From Eledone cirrhosa (taxonomy: Eukaryota): 64,000 nt of DNA. The stretch covers positions 20,026,001-20,090,000 of the forward strand of contig OZ024750.1 in the NCBI GenBank assembly GCA_964016885.1. Direction: 5' to 3'. The translations under genes were made by a program, and so were the position numbers. Positions 43,572 to 57,230 of the stretch are shown here, in pieces; within the stretch, counting starts at the first letter, position 1; each line of letters starts with the position of its first letter. Below the pieces are notes generated by a model. It worked only from the letters and a program-made list of their open reading frames with translations, searched no databases and was not told the DNA's origin.

Positions 43572-45210
43572 ATAATGAAACATAATGTGATTTAATATTT
43601 GGCTCATGCTGTGAAATAATTCTTAGAATTATTTTGTACCCTATAAATTTATCGATTTCATGTCGAAACAATGCATGACACAATGATATTTATTTTTCTT
43701 AAAATAAAGTAGAAATGGTAAACAACGTATATAGACACATTTCCCTGATGAATCGACGACAATTCAACTCTTTAAGAAAGTAAAAGAGACAACTGTTAGA
43801 TGTGACCGTGCTTATATTACGAGGAACTGTAATTTAAATAATATATTGTGGAATTGTCAACATCATCGGTGATGGACAAAATGCTTTGTGATATATGTTA
43901 CGATCGTACAAGCTTTGAGTTGTAACCATGCTAAGTTCGTCTATGCTTCTCAAATTTATCAGGTCGATGCAAGTACTAGTCACGTACTGTACAATCATAT
44001 CGAAGACTCTTCTCACAGCCAGTTGCATGTCTTGTGCCTACATTAGAATTTAATATATCCTATTACTGTTACCAGCCACATAACCTGTGAGTTTAGGTGC
44101 ATTTCGTAGTCATGGTGGGCAAAAATAGATAAATATATAGATGCGTAGTATTATATATTAATGAACAAATATAGGTAAAATGAATATAGATTATCTACGG
44201 TCAAACATAATAAAGAATGGTATTAAAGAAATCATTTTTTGTGAGGGGAAAAATCACAAGAAACTGAGTAAAAGGAATATAAATTTCAATATATGTCTAC
44301 ACCATTCCTCAAACAGAACAAACAAAAAGTGAAACGAAAGCGTAACGTTCATGCACACAAACGCAGCAAACTACAGTTACATATTCAAATACTCAAGGTT
44401 ATACTTTCTTTTACTCTCTATATAACTCTTTGACTACCACTTCGATCAATATGTTGAAGTTATATATTAATGCTAAATCTGTCTCTACTTTTCTCTCTCT
44501 GTTCCCATTTCTATATGGTCTGCAACGTGGCATACGGCCAAACAGGTGAGACATATTTAAGAATATGGACGGTAGTGAAACCGTAGAAAATCAAGCTAAA
44601 TAACATACAATATATCGTGAGGCAATTTCGATTTCTAACTGATATAAGTTCATTTAAGAAACGTTGTTTATGTATTTTTCGAAATGAATTTGCTCCATAA
44701 CGTACTTTTGTGCAGTTTCAACATACTCTTTTATCTTCTTTAATTAATTGCTGTCACTAAGGTAGTCTTCAATCATATTCATGTTTCTTTTCCGTGAAGA
44801 AATGAAGAGAGACATCTTCATTTAAGATGAAAGTAAAATATTCAGAGAACTCTCCAATATGTCTTTAATATTTCTTTCATGTTCTAATTTCTGTGGAAAT
44901 GAAGTACATTTATTATCATTAAATAGAGGAAATATATACTAAATATATACTTGTTTCTTAATTCATTTGTTCTTGCATATGGTGTCTTTCACTAGTTTCA
45001 TCATCAGACGTCAGACATACAGGTGCTGCACATTGGAATGAGTTGATTGATCATATATCCCTCCCCAGCATTAATTTCTATCAACTCTTTAAACGTTCTG
45101 ATTTTATCAAAACGCTAATTTAGGGAAAGTCACTAGCAAATAAAATTTAAGGTATATATATTTCTCTCTTTCCCTCCTTCTCTCTTTTTTTCTAACACAC
45201 ACATACACAT

Positions 45211-45250
<40 letters not shown>

Positions 45251-45254
<4 letters not shown>

Positions 45255-45614
45255 CTAAACGGAATAGAAAATGCTGACAAATTGTTCACAGTTGAAAAAT
45301 GGTTTAATTAGGAATAAAAGAGTATTAGTGATTGTATGGGTTAGTATTCAGTTGTGGTTTTAAGTTTTTAAGTTTTTACCGATTGCGCATTTCTAAATGC
45401 TTTTCAAAAATAATTTTGCTCTCAAACAACAGGGACACTCTATCTCAAAATTATTTTTGAAAAGCATTTAGAAATGCGCAACCGGTAAAAACTTAAAAAC
45501 TTAAAACCACAACTGAATACTAACCCATACAATCACTAATACTCTTTTATTCCTAATTAAACCATTTTTCAACTGTGAACAATTTGTCAGCATTTTCTAT
45601 TCCGTTTACCAATA
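45251..45614. repeat. ~165-bp-arm inverted repeat; a single arm also at 632-826
   Basis: ATTGCTAAACGGAATAGAAAATGCTGAC...AAAAATAATTTTG and its reverse complement. Near-identical sequence begins at 632, also directly after (TA)n. Confidence 0.9.
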
Positions 45615-46389
45615 TATAATAACTTGTGTGTTACACCTCTATTCTTTTAACTATATATATATATATATATACACATACAAGAAATATACATGTTTGCTAT
45701 AACACATCGTTGGAGTAATTTTACTCAATGATTATATATACATCTACTATATAAAATGGAAGTGGTCGGACGTTGTATATTTAAGTAAGTAAGTGTATTC
45801 GGATAAACGTCGAAACGGCTTGGTGGAATGCAGCGACAATTTACACACTTATGCAGAATGACCCCATGAGGCGTCGGAACGACTTTTAGGGTACAATCCT
45901 CCATGGTTACGGAGAAAATCGATGAAACAGGAATTTCCCATTCAAATTGAACTGAGAGTAATCTGTGAACGCAGAAGTAAATATTTTGTGAAGCGTTTGA
46001 ACCGAACGAAAACAGGAACACGATATTTTGGTTCGTGAAGACGTTCCCTGGCAATGAACGGAAAAAAAAGCGAGGATAATACGTCGTTATGTGGAGCGTG
46101 AAGAACAATTTCATGCAAAGATAAGACCAAGTTTATGGTATAAATGGAGTCGTTAGACTAATATTTTATTTAACATAACAGAATGATTTCCAGCCCCGGA
46201 ATTTAAGAATGATGTAAATAAAATTTAAAACGAAAATGACAGAGCTTATTAAAATAGTAAAAGTAAATAGTGAAGATTTAGGCCAGAACATACGTATGCC
46301 CCGACGGACATCCACATACATACGCGCACATAAATACATACCCCCCCCCCCACACACACACACGAGCGCGCGCGTGTATAAACCTTATG

Positions 46390-46810
46390 CATTTCTACAG
46401 AATTTTCACCAAACTTAAGACATAGGTTACTTATGTACTCCTGAAGGTCATGGGCACTTTAATTTTTCCAGATATTGATTATAGGGCCTCCCGGCACATA
46501 ACCCCTTTTAACCACTTCCTTGGAGTCGACTGAAGAACTGCAGTGCAATGCAACAAAACATCATAACTTCTGGAAGTCGCAACTGATTTTCACAAAACTT
46601 AACACATGGACTACGGTTGTCCTACAGATGACTGTGAACTCTCAGAATTGGCACATATTGAGTAGGGGACCTCTGGGGACAGGAACCCTCTTTTGGAAAA
46701 AGCCGATGGTTTTGTAAAAGTATAGTTTTCGAAGTAGCACTGAAGTATTGACATAAATGTTATACACAACTGCTATTAAATACCCGAGCAACGCCAGGTC
46801 CCTCTGCTAG
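46390..46810 (+). mobile_element. Non-autonomous Helitron-like element 3' end
   Basis: Subterminal CCCGAGCAACGCCAGG hairpin-like motif (46783-46798), then CTAG|T at 46807-46811. The 5' boundary is uncertain. Confidence 0.5.
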
Positions 46811-47042
46811 TATATAATAAAAAGAACGTTACATCCTCTCATTATATTTATTGAGGTATGACGCGCTCAATGAACGGAATGAAGGTCAGCCCAATGTTCG
46901 ATGTGTATCGATTTGGCCCCACTCTGGAATGAAAAGCCCGTCGGACATCTGTTACCATCACATTTTCTACGTGAGATATACCTTCATTTGAATTAATGAC
47001 ACTGTTATATCTATCTGTATATCTATCTATCTGACTATCATT

Positions 47043-47230
47043 GGTGGATTGGTAGTATCGGTAGACGGTCGGACGCCATGCTTTGACGCATAGAGTTACG
47101 GCCCTTGCCATTCTGAGTTCAAATCCCGCCGAGGTTAACTTTGCCTTTCATCCTTACGGGGTCGATAACATAAAGTACCAGTAATGCACTGGCTAATTGC
47201 TGGCCTTGCACCAAAAGTAGAAACAATTAT
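47043..47230 (+). mobile_element. SINE family 1
   Basis: Near-consensus copy with B-box GTTCAAATCC. Confidence 0.88.
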
Positions 47231-49037
47231 ATATATATGTACCTACTAAGTAGAGGTGGTGTTTGTGTGTATGTGTCTATAAGTATTGTTGTTGTCTGTT
47301 TGTATTTATGAGTATAGATGTTGTATGTGAGCGTCTGTTTGCATATCAAATTGTTAGTGATTACTACACCCTCTAAACATTCACGAAAGGAAACAATAAA
47401 TATTATTTACAGCAATTGTGTAGAATTTTATGAATGGATTTGATGACTATAACAGAAATCCCGCTAACAACGAGACAGAAAATAATGTGTAACCTTATTT
47501 CATGTTATAAAATAACAACGACACAAACAAATATAACGTTGTATATGGACACATATGCCAACGCTAACAACTGTTATAGTTGAGTTTGTGTGAGTATGTT
47601 GCTATCAATATTGTGTTGTTTTATTTCTTGTGAATCGAGAATTAATTATGGTGGTGTAAAAATTTGAGATGGAACTGAATAAATAAAATATAATTAATTA
47701 GCGAAACAAGAAGTTACAACATTGTATGTGTCCTTTATATTTGGTGACTATTATTTCTGTCCACGTTAAAATTAACTTAACACAAAACTAATAAAAAATT
47801 AACGATTAAAATCTACATAAAAATTGAAACGTTCCCAAATTTGAGTTTTATGTTCGATGTTTCGTTTTTAATTAGTTTAATTATTCGTTTCTCTTCAGTC
47901 ATCTGTATATATATGTATTTTCTGTCTAATTTTATTCCATTTATTTTTCGTTATTCTAAAACAGTTATTATTCAATGTCTGAATTTTATTTATTAACTTG
48001 TTTATTCAGTCTAATCTTTTGCTCCCTGTATCAATGGAACTGAGAACAAATCTCCATACACAATATTACAGAAAATGTATTTGAAATTTCCATTAAAAAT
48101 ATTGATTTCTGAATTAAATACCTTTTGATTTAATTTTTAAAAAGTGTTGTTTTAATTATTTATCTAGCTCTTTTTTCGACGGCTTCAGAAGATACTCGGA
48201 AACATAGAAGGGTCGAATATCTAGAACGATAATTTTAACTTTGCCATTGTAGCGTTGAAATCAAGGGTTAGTATGTTTTCGCCAAATCCTACTTAGCGAG
48301 TCAGAATGTACTTGATTTAAGGGTTAGGCTGCTGGATAGTATGTTTGTGAATTACATTCAAACACGTGGTAACGTGGCACTCATTTCTCATTGCACCATT
48401 TCACCAAATGGCAACTAGGCGTTAGCTTTGCTATGAATTTGGGTCATGGCTAGAAGGTACATAATGACTCTGCTGGTTTTGTATGGTTCGTGGCGAGGGC
48501 TTCTGACTTAAACAGCACCGAAATGATACCGTATTGTCTGCCCCTCGCTATCGTCCCTCATGCACCTCAGCGCGGCTTCAATATATGTCTGGGCAATTAA
48601 ATCCGGCCACTTTGTTACTGCCGAGATGCATCAGAAATCCATATTTCTACGCTCCACTATTTCAATGGCTTCTGCTGGGACAGTAGAGTTGGCCCATGTT
48701 TGCTCTTGCTTAATGAGCCTCAATGTCGGGGCCAAATTTTCATCGTTTTCGTGAGGTCAATGCTGAGGCGTGGCCGCTTTTTCGCTGCTACCGCAACGAA
48801 AGAGTTTTTATTTTTGTTGGTGGTACTTTTGGTGTTGTCGGTGTTCTTGTTGGTGCTGTTGCTGTTGTCACTGTTGCAGTTAGTTATACTTTTGGTGCCC
48901 CTCTTGTCGTTTTCGGTTCAGAGATTTCTGGAAGTTGTCCATAGGTCCCGGCCCGAAAGTTCTTCCGAAGAGATTGGCTAGTTGATTTTAGTCGACCCTA
49001 TGGTGGCATATCTGTCTTAACTTTCTTGTTCGATAAT

Positions 49038-50498
49038 TTATTTGTTTCCCTCTGTATTTTGTTTTTGGAGGGGGAGGGAAGATAATTTTTTTCTTTTTTG
49101 GTTTCTTTTTTTTTTTCCTGATACAGTTTCCCACTCCTCGTCGTCACAATCTGTCTCCAGTTGCGATAAGCCGGGGAGTGAAAAATCCTCCACAGGCGTT
49201 GCTTTTGGTTGTGGCGTGGTGGATGGTGTAGGCGCTGGTGCTAGTTCTGCCGCGTTGGGTGGTGGTGGTATTGGGTTTGCTACTGTTGCTGGGGTTGTTG
49301 CTGTTACAGTTGCTTCTGTTGTTGCTGCTGCAGTTGTTGCTGCCATTTCTGCTGCTGGTGGTGTTAATGGTTGAGTCACTGGGGTGGGTAAGAGAGGTGA
49401 CCTCAACCTTTTAGCCTGAGGGCAGAAAGCCCTTAGGTGGGTTCCTTCACCACAAACGACACACCTAGGTCTTCTGCCCTCGACGATTACGATGAGGTGG
49501 CTGCCGTCAGTGAGATCTATTACCTCTGGGAACTCCTCAATGCTTTTATGGTCAGCTTGGATCAGGAGCTCCATCCCAGATCCGGACCAGTTCTCCTGCT
49601 TTTCTTTCGCTATTTCAATTATCTTTGTGTTGGTCTCGATGCCGGCGAGGACGGCAGCCATTAGCCAGGGAATTTCGATGGCCGGTGGAACGTGGGTCAC
49701 CCTGATCTTCACAAGTCTCTGGCCACAATAGCTTGGGACGAGTGTGAAGTTGTCACTTCTTAATGGGGCCATGGAATGTTCTCTGGCCTCATGTGGTGTT
49801 TCAAAGAACACGTCCACGGTTCCATACTTCTGCCCACGTCTGATGCGGGGTTTTTTTGCCCACACATGTCCCAAAGCTTTTGGGATTTGGGACTCAGATG
49901 CCCGTTCCAATCGGCGGGATTTTATGTTAATTGTCCGATAAGACACGGTGCCAAGGCGACGTTGCTCCACTTTATTAGGTGGGAGGGTGTGGCTGACCCT
50001 GTACCCATCTTTCTTTACCATTCCTTTGGCTTCTTCTAATACCTCCTGAGTTACCTGGTTCGCTTCGCAAGTTTTTGCTACTCTGGCAAAACTCAGGGTA
50101 GTTTTCTTAATTTCATTGTTGCTGTTGTTGTTATCGTTATTTTTGCTATTGTTAATTTTAGTTTCAGTTGTGGTGGTGGTGGCGTCAGTGGTGTTCGGTG
50201 TGGAAGACTTCATTTTGGTTGAATTCATTTCGATATCACGAGTTAATTTATTTTTTTCTTTTGTTTCTGTTGTCGCTGTGGTGGTGGTGAGGGTGGTGGT
50301 TGTCGCGCTGGTGGTGGCGGTGGCAGCTTTAACACCTGCAGTCATTGGTAATGGCGGGAAATGAACGTCTGCCTGAGACAAATTTAAAATATTGCTACTG
50401 CTTAAATTTCCAGTGTTGGCAAACGTAGCAATATTTACAATGGTGGTGTCAGTGTGAGGTGTTAGATTGTGAGATAGGAGTGATTCTGAGTCAGCCAT
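49038..50498 (-). CDS. LINE ORF1/gag-like nucleic-acid-binding protein (Tx1/L1-type) with CCHC zinc knuckle
   Basis: 486-aa intronless ORF. Features: SFARVAK motif, RRM-like central region (GTVDVFF; VKIRVTHVPP), VEGRRPRCVVCGEGTHLRAFCP (CX2CX4HX4C), then a T/A/P-rich tract and WETVSGKKKR. The 5' leader abuts (AAT)n at 50719. Confidence 0.8.
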   Translation of the reverse strand: MADSESLLSHNLTPHTDTTIVNIATFANTGNLSSSNILNLSQADVHFPPLPMTAGVKAATATTSATTTTLTTTTATTETKEKNKLTRDIEMNSTKMKSSTPNTTDATTTTTETKINNSKNNDNNNSNNEIKKTTLSFARVAKTCEANQVTQEVLEEAKGMVKKDGYRVSHTLPPNKVEQRRLGTVSYRTINIKSRRLERASESQIPKALGHVWAKKPRIRRGQKYGTVDVFFETPHEAREHSMAPLRSDNFTLVPSYCGQRLVKIRVTHVPPAIEIPWLMAAVLAGIETNTKIIEIAKEKQENWSGSGMELLIQADHKSIEEFPEVIDLTDGSHLIVIVEGRRPRCVVCGEGTHLRAFCPQAKRLRSPLLPTPVTQPLTPPAAEMAATTAAATTEATVTATTPATVANPIPPPPNAAELAPAPTPSTTPQPKATPVEDFSLPGLSQLETDCDDEEWETVSGKKKRNQKRKKLSSLPLQKQNTEGNK

Positions 50499-50718
50499 GA
50501 TTTTTCAAAGAAAGATTTTTGTTTGATAATTATAAAAAGTTTAAATTTTGGGCTCAAGGCCCCAACATTTTTTAGTGTCCTTTTCAGAAATCAATGTATG
50601 TGCACTTATATACAGTTAACGATAAAAATTTTCCATAAATGGCAATTTTAAACAACTGAAAATAATAAACCTTTGCGGAGCTCACGATGATACGAACGAT
50701 TTACTACGTAGGTAGCCG

Positions 50719-50787
<69 letters not shown>
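50719..50787. repeat. (AAT)n microsatellite
   Basis: Read directly from the sequence. Confidence 0.95.
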
Positions 50788-51588
50788 TGCAAAATAAATA
50801 TTTTATCGCAAGTAGACTGTTTTCATTATCAGCTCAGGAAAAGTAAAATGTTTTATTATGAATATATTCATTTATTTTTTATTTATTTCATGTGTACCAT
50901 TTGATGAGATTCACTCTCCATTAAAATTCTCTAGGTAATTTTGGCAAAGCTGTTTTTACTAGAATATGAATACCACTTCAAAGAATGGCTTTTTTCCATA
51001 GAAACGACAGCGAGAAGGAACGAAAAGAGGAGAAAACAATCTAGCAATTTCGACAATGTTTAATATTGTCATAAATAAATAGATATTCCCTAATAGACGA
51101 GAGCACGGAGGTTTTTCTGCTTCTATTGGCAAACCTTTTGAGGAAAGCTTAAAAGATGTATGAGACTTTGATATAACATCATTCTGAAACCCATTAATTT
51201 TATATTAGTAAATGAAGGTGTACTTTCATTTCCTCGGGGGACTTAAATGCGTTGGCCATGACACTATTGTCTACAAATTAAACAATCACTATCTCGTCAT
51301 TTCTACATATTACATATATTACAACTCAATCCTCAATGAAATGTATTAAGAATGTTGTTTATGTTTAGGTTAGTACTGTGGTGGACCTTCGTCGCTTCCC
51401 ACGGTGACTGTTTCACTTGTTTGGTCAATGAAATAGCCTGCTCGTGAGCTTATCGTGCAAGTGATTCCATAGTACATCTTTTATTTCACTTTACGTAACT
51501 CCTATTGAGAATCAACATGATACATTGGGACATGACGAGCTGATTTAGTTACACGCATAGACCATCAAATATAATAGTATAAATAGCA

Positions 51589-52600
51589 GGGGCGGTGGAT
51601 TGGTAGTATCCTTAGTGTTCATAACTCTCTGCGTTCAAATTCCGCCGTCGATGTCAAGTTCGCCATTCATACTTCCAGGCTCAAGAAGATTAAGTATGAT
51701 TAGAGCAAAAGGTCCCATGTAATCGACGGGTTGTTTCCTTCCAAGATTTGTTGCACATTAGCAACAATTAAATACCATTATTGCGGTGGGTGAATTGGCA
51801 GTATCGGTAGAGGGTCAGACATGCTTTCTAGCATAGTTACGTCCCTTTACGATCTGAGTTCAAATCCCACCGAGGTTAACTTTGCCTTTCATCCTTACGA
51901 GGTCGATAAAATAAAGTACCAGTAACATACTGGGTATTTGCTGGCCTTGTGCCAAAAAGTAGAAACAATTATTGCGGTGGGTTTAAGGGCGGTGGATTGG
52001 CAGTATCAGTAGAGGTCGGACGCCATGATTTCTAGCATAGTTACGTCCCTTGACGATCTATGTTCAAATCCCGCCGAGGTTGACTTTGCCTTTCATCCTT
52101 ACGGCGTCGATAAAATAACGTACCAGTAATGCACTGGTTAATTGCTGGCCTTGTACCTAAAGTATAAACAATTATTGCGGTGGGTTGGCAGTAACGGTAG
52201 AGGGTCTGACACCATGCTTAGCAGCAAATAGTTACGGCCCTTTATGATCTGTGTCCAAATACCACCGAGGTTAACATTGCCGTTCATCCTTACGTTGGTC
52301 TATTTAATAAAGCACCGGTAATACACTGGGATAATTGTTGGCCTTGTGCCAAATGTAGAAAAAATAGGTTATATTATCATTAAGGGCGGTGGGTTGGCAG
52401 TATCGATAGAGGGTCTGACACCATGCTGTGCAACATAGAGTTACGGCCCTTTATGATATGAGTTCAAATCCCGCCGGGGTAACCTTTGCCTTTCATCCTT
52501 ATGGGGTGGAAATTAAGTCCCAGTCATTCACTGGCGTCGTTTAATAGACTACCCCCCCCCCGAATTTGCTGGCCTTGGGCCTACATAAGAAACTATTATA
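51589..52600 (+). mobile_element. Tandem array of five SINE family 1 copies
   Basis: Heads at about 51589, 51783, 51987, 52176 and 52384, all in the same orientation. Junctions read ATTATTGCGGTGGG. Confidence 0.85.
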
Positions 52601-53360
52601 GTATAAGTAGCTGAGTTTGCCACTGATACATCTAGGCTTGAAGAATTTCAGAAGAAGCTTCAGCATATTTCATCATGTATCAGTGTGAGACAGCTGGATC
52701 TTGGGTTTACAGATACAACGTACTTGATCTAGCTCTCTAGTTAGGTACTCAATGAAATATTATTTCCGGACAGAACAGAAAACTGCGAAACAAAATTATA
52801 AATGTATAATAGTGGGTTACATCTAGTATCTATTATGTCACGCGTTTAAAACTGCATTATAGTTAGATCAAAATATATTAAGCCCACAACAATAATATCA
52901 AATTTATGATAAGAAAAACAATTGTGTATGATATATAATCGTTTCTTGCTCACATTTCATTTTTACCTTCTGGCAACAGGATGGAAACATAGAGAGATAG
53001 AGACTATAGCTATTAAATCGATATTTTAGAGATAAGTCGTGCTGGTCATTAAGGAGGTTTCCTCACGCTACTACTGTACATTTGTTTAGTACCACAAACT
53101 ATCAGTTCAAGTGAAACACACAAATATTATTTTACAATAATTGGCTTCAACACATAACCTGATTGATATATGACAATCACATATAACTTGCAAATATCAG
53201 AGTCTATATTCACAAGTTATCATAGTGGTGTTGTTTTTTATTAGAATTATATGAAATTATGCAGAGATATATGTTTTCCTTGCGTTCTTCGCCTCCATGT
53301 AACTGATTCAACACATACATTATAATTGTCATGTCAAAATGTGATCAATTATTGCAGATA

Positions 53361-53479
<119 letters not shown>

Positions 53480-53579
53480 TTATTAAAATAACAGATTAAA
53501 GTTTAGGCAAAGAATCGCTGCTTACACCCTTAACGGGATCTTCTGAACCTAACAAAGTCAATCTGTGAACGCAGAAGTG

Positions 53580-53669
<90 letters not shown>

Positions 53670-55325
53670 GTATATATATGTACATAAATATATATAAAAC
53701 GTGTTTGAAGAAGAACCTTTCATAAGTCACGTTTGGGAAAAAAGATGTTTGTGATATATTTGAGTTTGAGGCGTGCCCTTGACTATATGTCATGCAGATA
53801 CATCACTGGAAAATGTTGTTTAAAAGAAACATAATACGTTATGGATTTAAAATACATTAATAAATCGGTGATATGTTAACGGTATATTGTTACAGGGTTA
53901 TGAAGTTTAAATATTATTGTAAATAATATGTGTAACGGCAATAAAACAACGCCATATTATAGGGAATGTATGTTTCATATGATTCACACAATGACATTTC
54001 ATTAATAATTGACTTGCATTTTAACTCTCGATGGAAATATTGTTTATAAACACATACCTCTAATATGGGTTTAAATAAATCGAATAAACCGAACCATTCG
54101 GCACAAGTTCTTCGATTAACAAATTACAGATGCGTTATATTCCATGAAGCTTGTTATATTGATGGAAATTCTTGCTGCTGAATTTTATGTGCAAAGTTGC
54201 TGAGGATTACATAGATAATTGTAATCTTAGCTTAGCACTCAAGGAGATTCACTGTGTACCATGTCTGACAATTTGATTTACAGGTATATCCGACAGGCTT
54301 CCAAACAGTTTCTCTATAGAATTTCACTCCAAATACTAGAGGCCATAGTAAATAGTACATCCTTTAGTTGCCTCGCAATTGGATTGAACCCGGAAGTTTA
54401 TGCTTGATAAGAGAGCTTCTAAGCTTTGTCCTACCCACATTATATTAATAATCACTTATTTAGAATTAATATCACATATTTACGCGCATCATACAATACT
54501 GTATATCACCTTCGTGGTTCATGTATCACGACAGCAGCTGTTACTGCGGAGTATATTATAAGCTGATAACGTTTATTTGATCGAAATATGTCAGTCTGCA
54601 GCATATATATTTACAACACGATTGATATATACAGTCATTAAACAAAATAATTCTCCGCCCCCTTCATTATTATTTCTAATTAATTTTGTATTGTCTTACA
54701 TTAAATATAGTCCTTCCTTATTTGACTGTTGATAGAAAGCAGTCTTTTGTTTTGCTTTTCTAGTATAAAATAGCAGTATAAAATAATAGAAAGTCAAATG
54801 AAAAAAATAGCAGTTAACAGTAGAAATATGTTACATAGACAGCAGCGATCTATTCAAAGTGTGAAGCAATGTTGAAAGTTTTGTATATATCAAAGTTTAG
54901 CACAAACTGTTGAACCTCTGTCAGTTTCGACGAGGAATGTTCCAATTGTGTGATCAACGAAAGAACCTACTTCATAAATCTATATAAATGTTGCTGACAC
55001 GTACACATTTGATATAGTAATCAGATAGATTCGTTGCGACACAATATGAGAAAGAGTTAATCATTTGAATAATAGCCAAAACTCATTTTTTTTTACTGTT
55101 GAATCGATTGTACTAGCGTGAAATAAAGATCTATGCTCAAAGACTCCGCGTTCCGGTAATCGAACTCTCGACTTTACGATCGTAAAAGCAACACCTAATC
55201 TAATCAACTCACATCAGAATGTTACACAAGAAAGTCAACATATATAAATGTAGGGCACATTACTTATAGATATGATACAAACTCATCAGATGCTAGTATA
55301 ATTGTATTTTTGCTTAACTGAAAGC

Positions 55326-55356
<31 letters not shown>

Positions 55357-56254
55357 GAAATATCAATGCAAATAGGAAAAGGGAAATATTTGCCCATTCT
55401 TTTTTCTCTAAGATAACGTCTGTTCCCTTTGTATCTAGCTTCCGAATACTAAATTCAAGGTTCTTTTTCTAACTTCATACGAGTCTTCTAAACTATTGTC
55501 TTCCCGGGAGGTCTTATTTTGACTTGTATTGTAAAATTTTACACAAAGAAACAACCGAGACAGTCACTTTGAAAAGCTGATATAAGAAGCACGCTGATTA
55601 ACCAGATAACGAACGCGTGCAGCTAGGTTGAAATAGCTGTGCGTTTGTTGTGTTTATTACTAGTCTCGAGTTGTATAAATAAAGGTCACATTCACAACTA
55701 AGTTCTTGTTTAGTATTAAATTAGTGTAGTATAACTGAAGGTCACAAGGAAATATATGCAGATAAGATTATGGAAATTTGATAGAAGTGCCTCGGAAGTT
55801 AACTAGGTAATGAAAGTGTGAAGACAGGCTAAAATAGCTCTGGTGTGAAGATTGTGTAAATTAATCCGGTTACCAGAAATATCAACTGGAAAATGTAAAA
55901 ACTAATGGAATATATAGCATATATCGTATCACACTGTCTATACTGGTCTGTATCTCACCTGGAGAATACAAAATGTATAATGCTTGCGTTTCTCAAGACG
56001 TTCTTCAATTTCCAATGTTTGTCACATTTTTGGATAATGTTAATTATTCTGACAAAACCATGTAAATGAAATTCCTTGGCAGACATTTCGTCTACGTGTT
56101 GTTGTCAAATTCGCAAGTGTTTCGAACGTTTTCGGGAAAGATAATTTATAAATGAAATAAACTGTGCTTCATTGGATGTACATTGAAGAATGACAGCATG
56201 GAATAGTAAGAGAAACAATGGAAATACTACTACTAATAATAATAATGATTATTA

Positions 56255-56641
56255 TTACTATTATTTCACAAGGCCATGGAATTTGGGTGAGGCGAAGTCG
56301 ATTAAATCGACCCCAGTGCATTATTGGTGATATATTTTATCGACCCCGTAAGATGAAAGGCAACGTTAACTTCAGGGTTTTATACTAAGACCGTAAAACG
56401 CTGTAACTCTATGCTGAAAAGCATGGTGTTCCACCCTCTAGTAATAATAATATCAATAATAATAATAATTGTTTCTCCTTTAGGCACAAGGCCAGCAATT
56501 ACTCAGTACATTACTGGTACTTTATTTTATCGACCTCGTAAGGATGAAAGGCAAAGTTAACCTCGGCGGGATTTGAACTCAGACTGTAAAAGGACGTAAC
56601 TATGCTAGAAAGCATGGCGTCCAGCCCTCTACCGATACTGC
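56255..56641 (-). mobile_element. Two SINE family 1 copies in (AAT)n context
   Basis: Copies at about 56255-56441 and 56465-56641. Confidence 0.8.
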
Positions 56642-56679
56642 ATAATAATAATAATAATAATAATAATACTAATAATTAT

Positions 56680-57230
56680 GTTTTCTCTATTAAATGCAAC
56701 ATAGTTTACAAAAAATAAAAACATTAACGACAGAACAGAACGGTACAGATATAGGTTTCTTCGTGTATTAAAAAAACAAAAACAAACAAACAAAAAACAA
56801 CGATTTCACAAAAAATCGAAACAAAGGAAAATGACCCAAAAAGGGAGAGGCTTCTGATATTCACTCACGAAGAGTGCTAACAAAAGGCCACGGTGAACCC
56901 GACCACACGGTATGTGACCTCTTTCAGTTTTCACCGCCAATCTACGTGCACATAGTCAGATCAGGCCCATTTACTGGGACTAGGCACGCCTCTCTCACCC
57001 ATTGTTCAACCAACTACTAGGAAGGGAGCACTTGCTACTCCACCCCGAGTTTCCTTTTCAAATGAAATTTGAAGAAGTTAATTTGTATTCACCCATGAGA
57101 GAAGTGCTCGACTTCAGCCTTTTCGAACATATCCACCACCCGACCACTTTCGCAATGGCCATGAAGAAGAAAGAAAATGAGCCAAATCAGCCCTGTGGTT
57201 ACGAGAAAAAACCCACATATCTTTATGTTT
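56680..57230 (-). mobile_element. Tx1/L1-type LINE 3' end (ORF2 C-terminus, 3' UTR, TTA tail)
   Basis: Minus strand FFMAIAKVVGWW...INFFKFHLKRKLGVE...LVEQWVREA (frameshifted), then a T-rich UTR and (TTA)n. Clade assignment is from recalled similarity. Confidence 0.6.

Noticed and set aside
45725-46130. Possible mariner catalytic fragment (QFEWEI)
   Set aside because: Only a single weak motif; no YSPDL motif or TIRs recognised.
48560-50364. Plus-strand ORFs overlapping the LINE ORF1 region
   Set aside because: Antisense shadows of the low-complexity minus-strand ORF.
51589-52600. Repeated units as a CRISPR array or tRNA cluster
   Set aside because: Units are ~190-bp diverged SINEs without unique spacers or full cloverleaf structures. 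The context is eukaryotic, with no cas genes.
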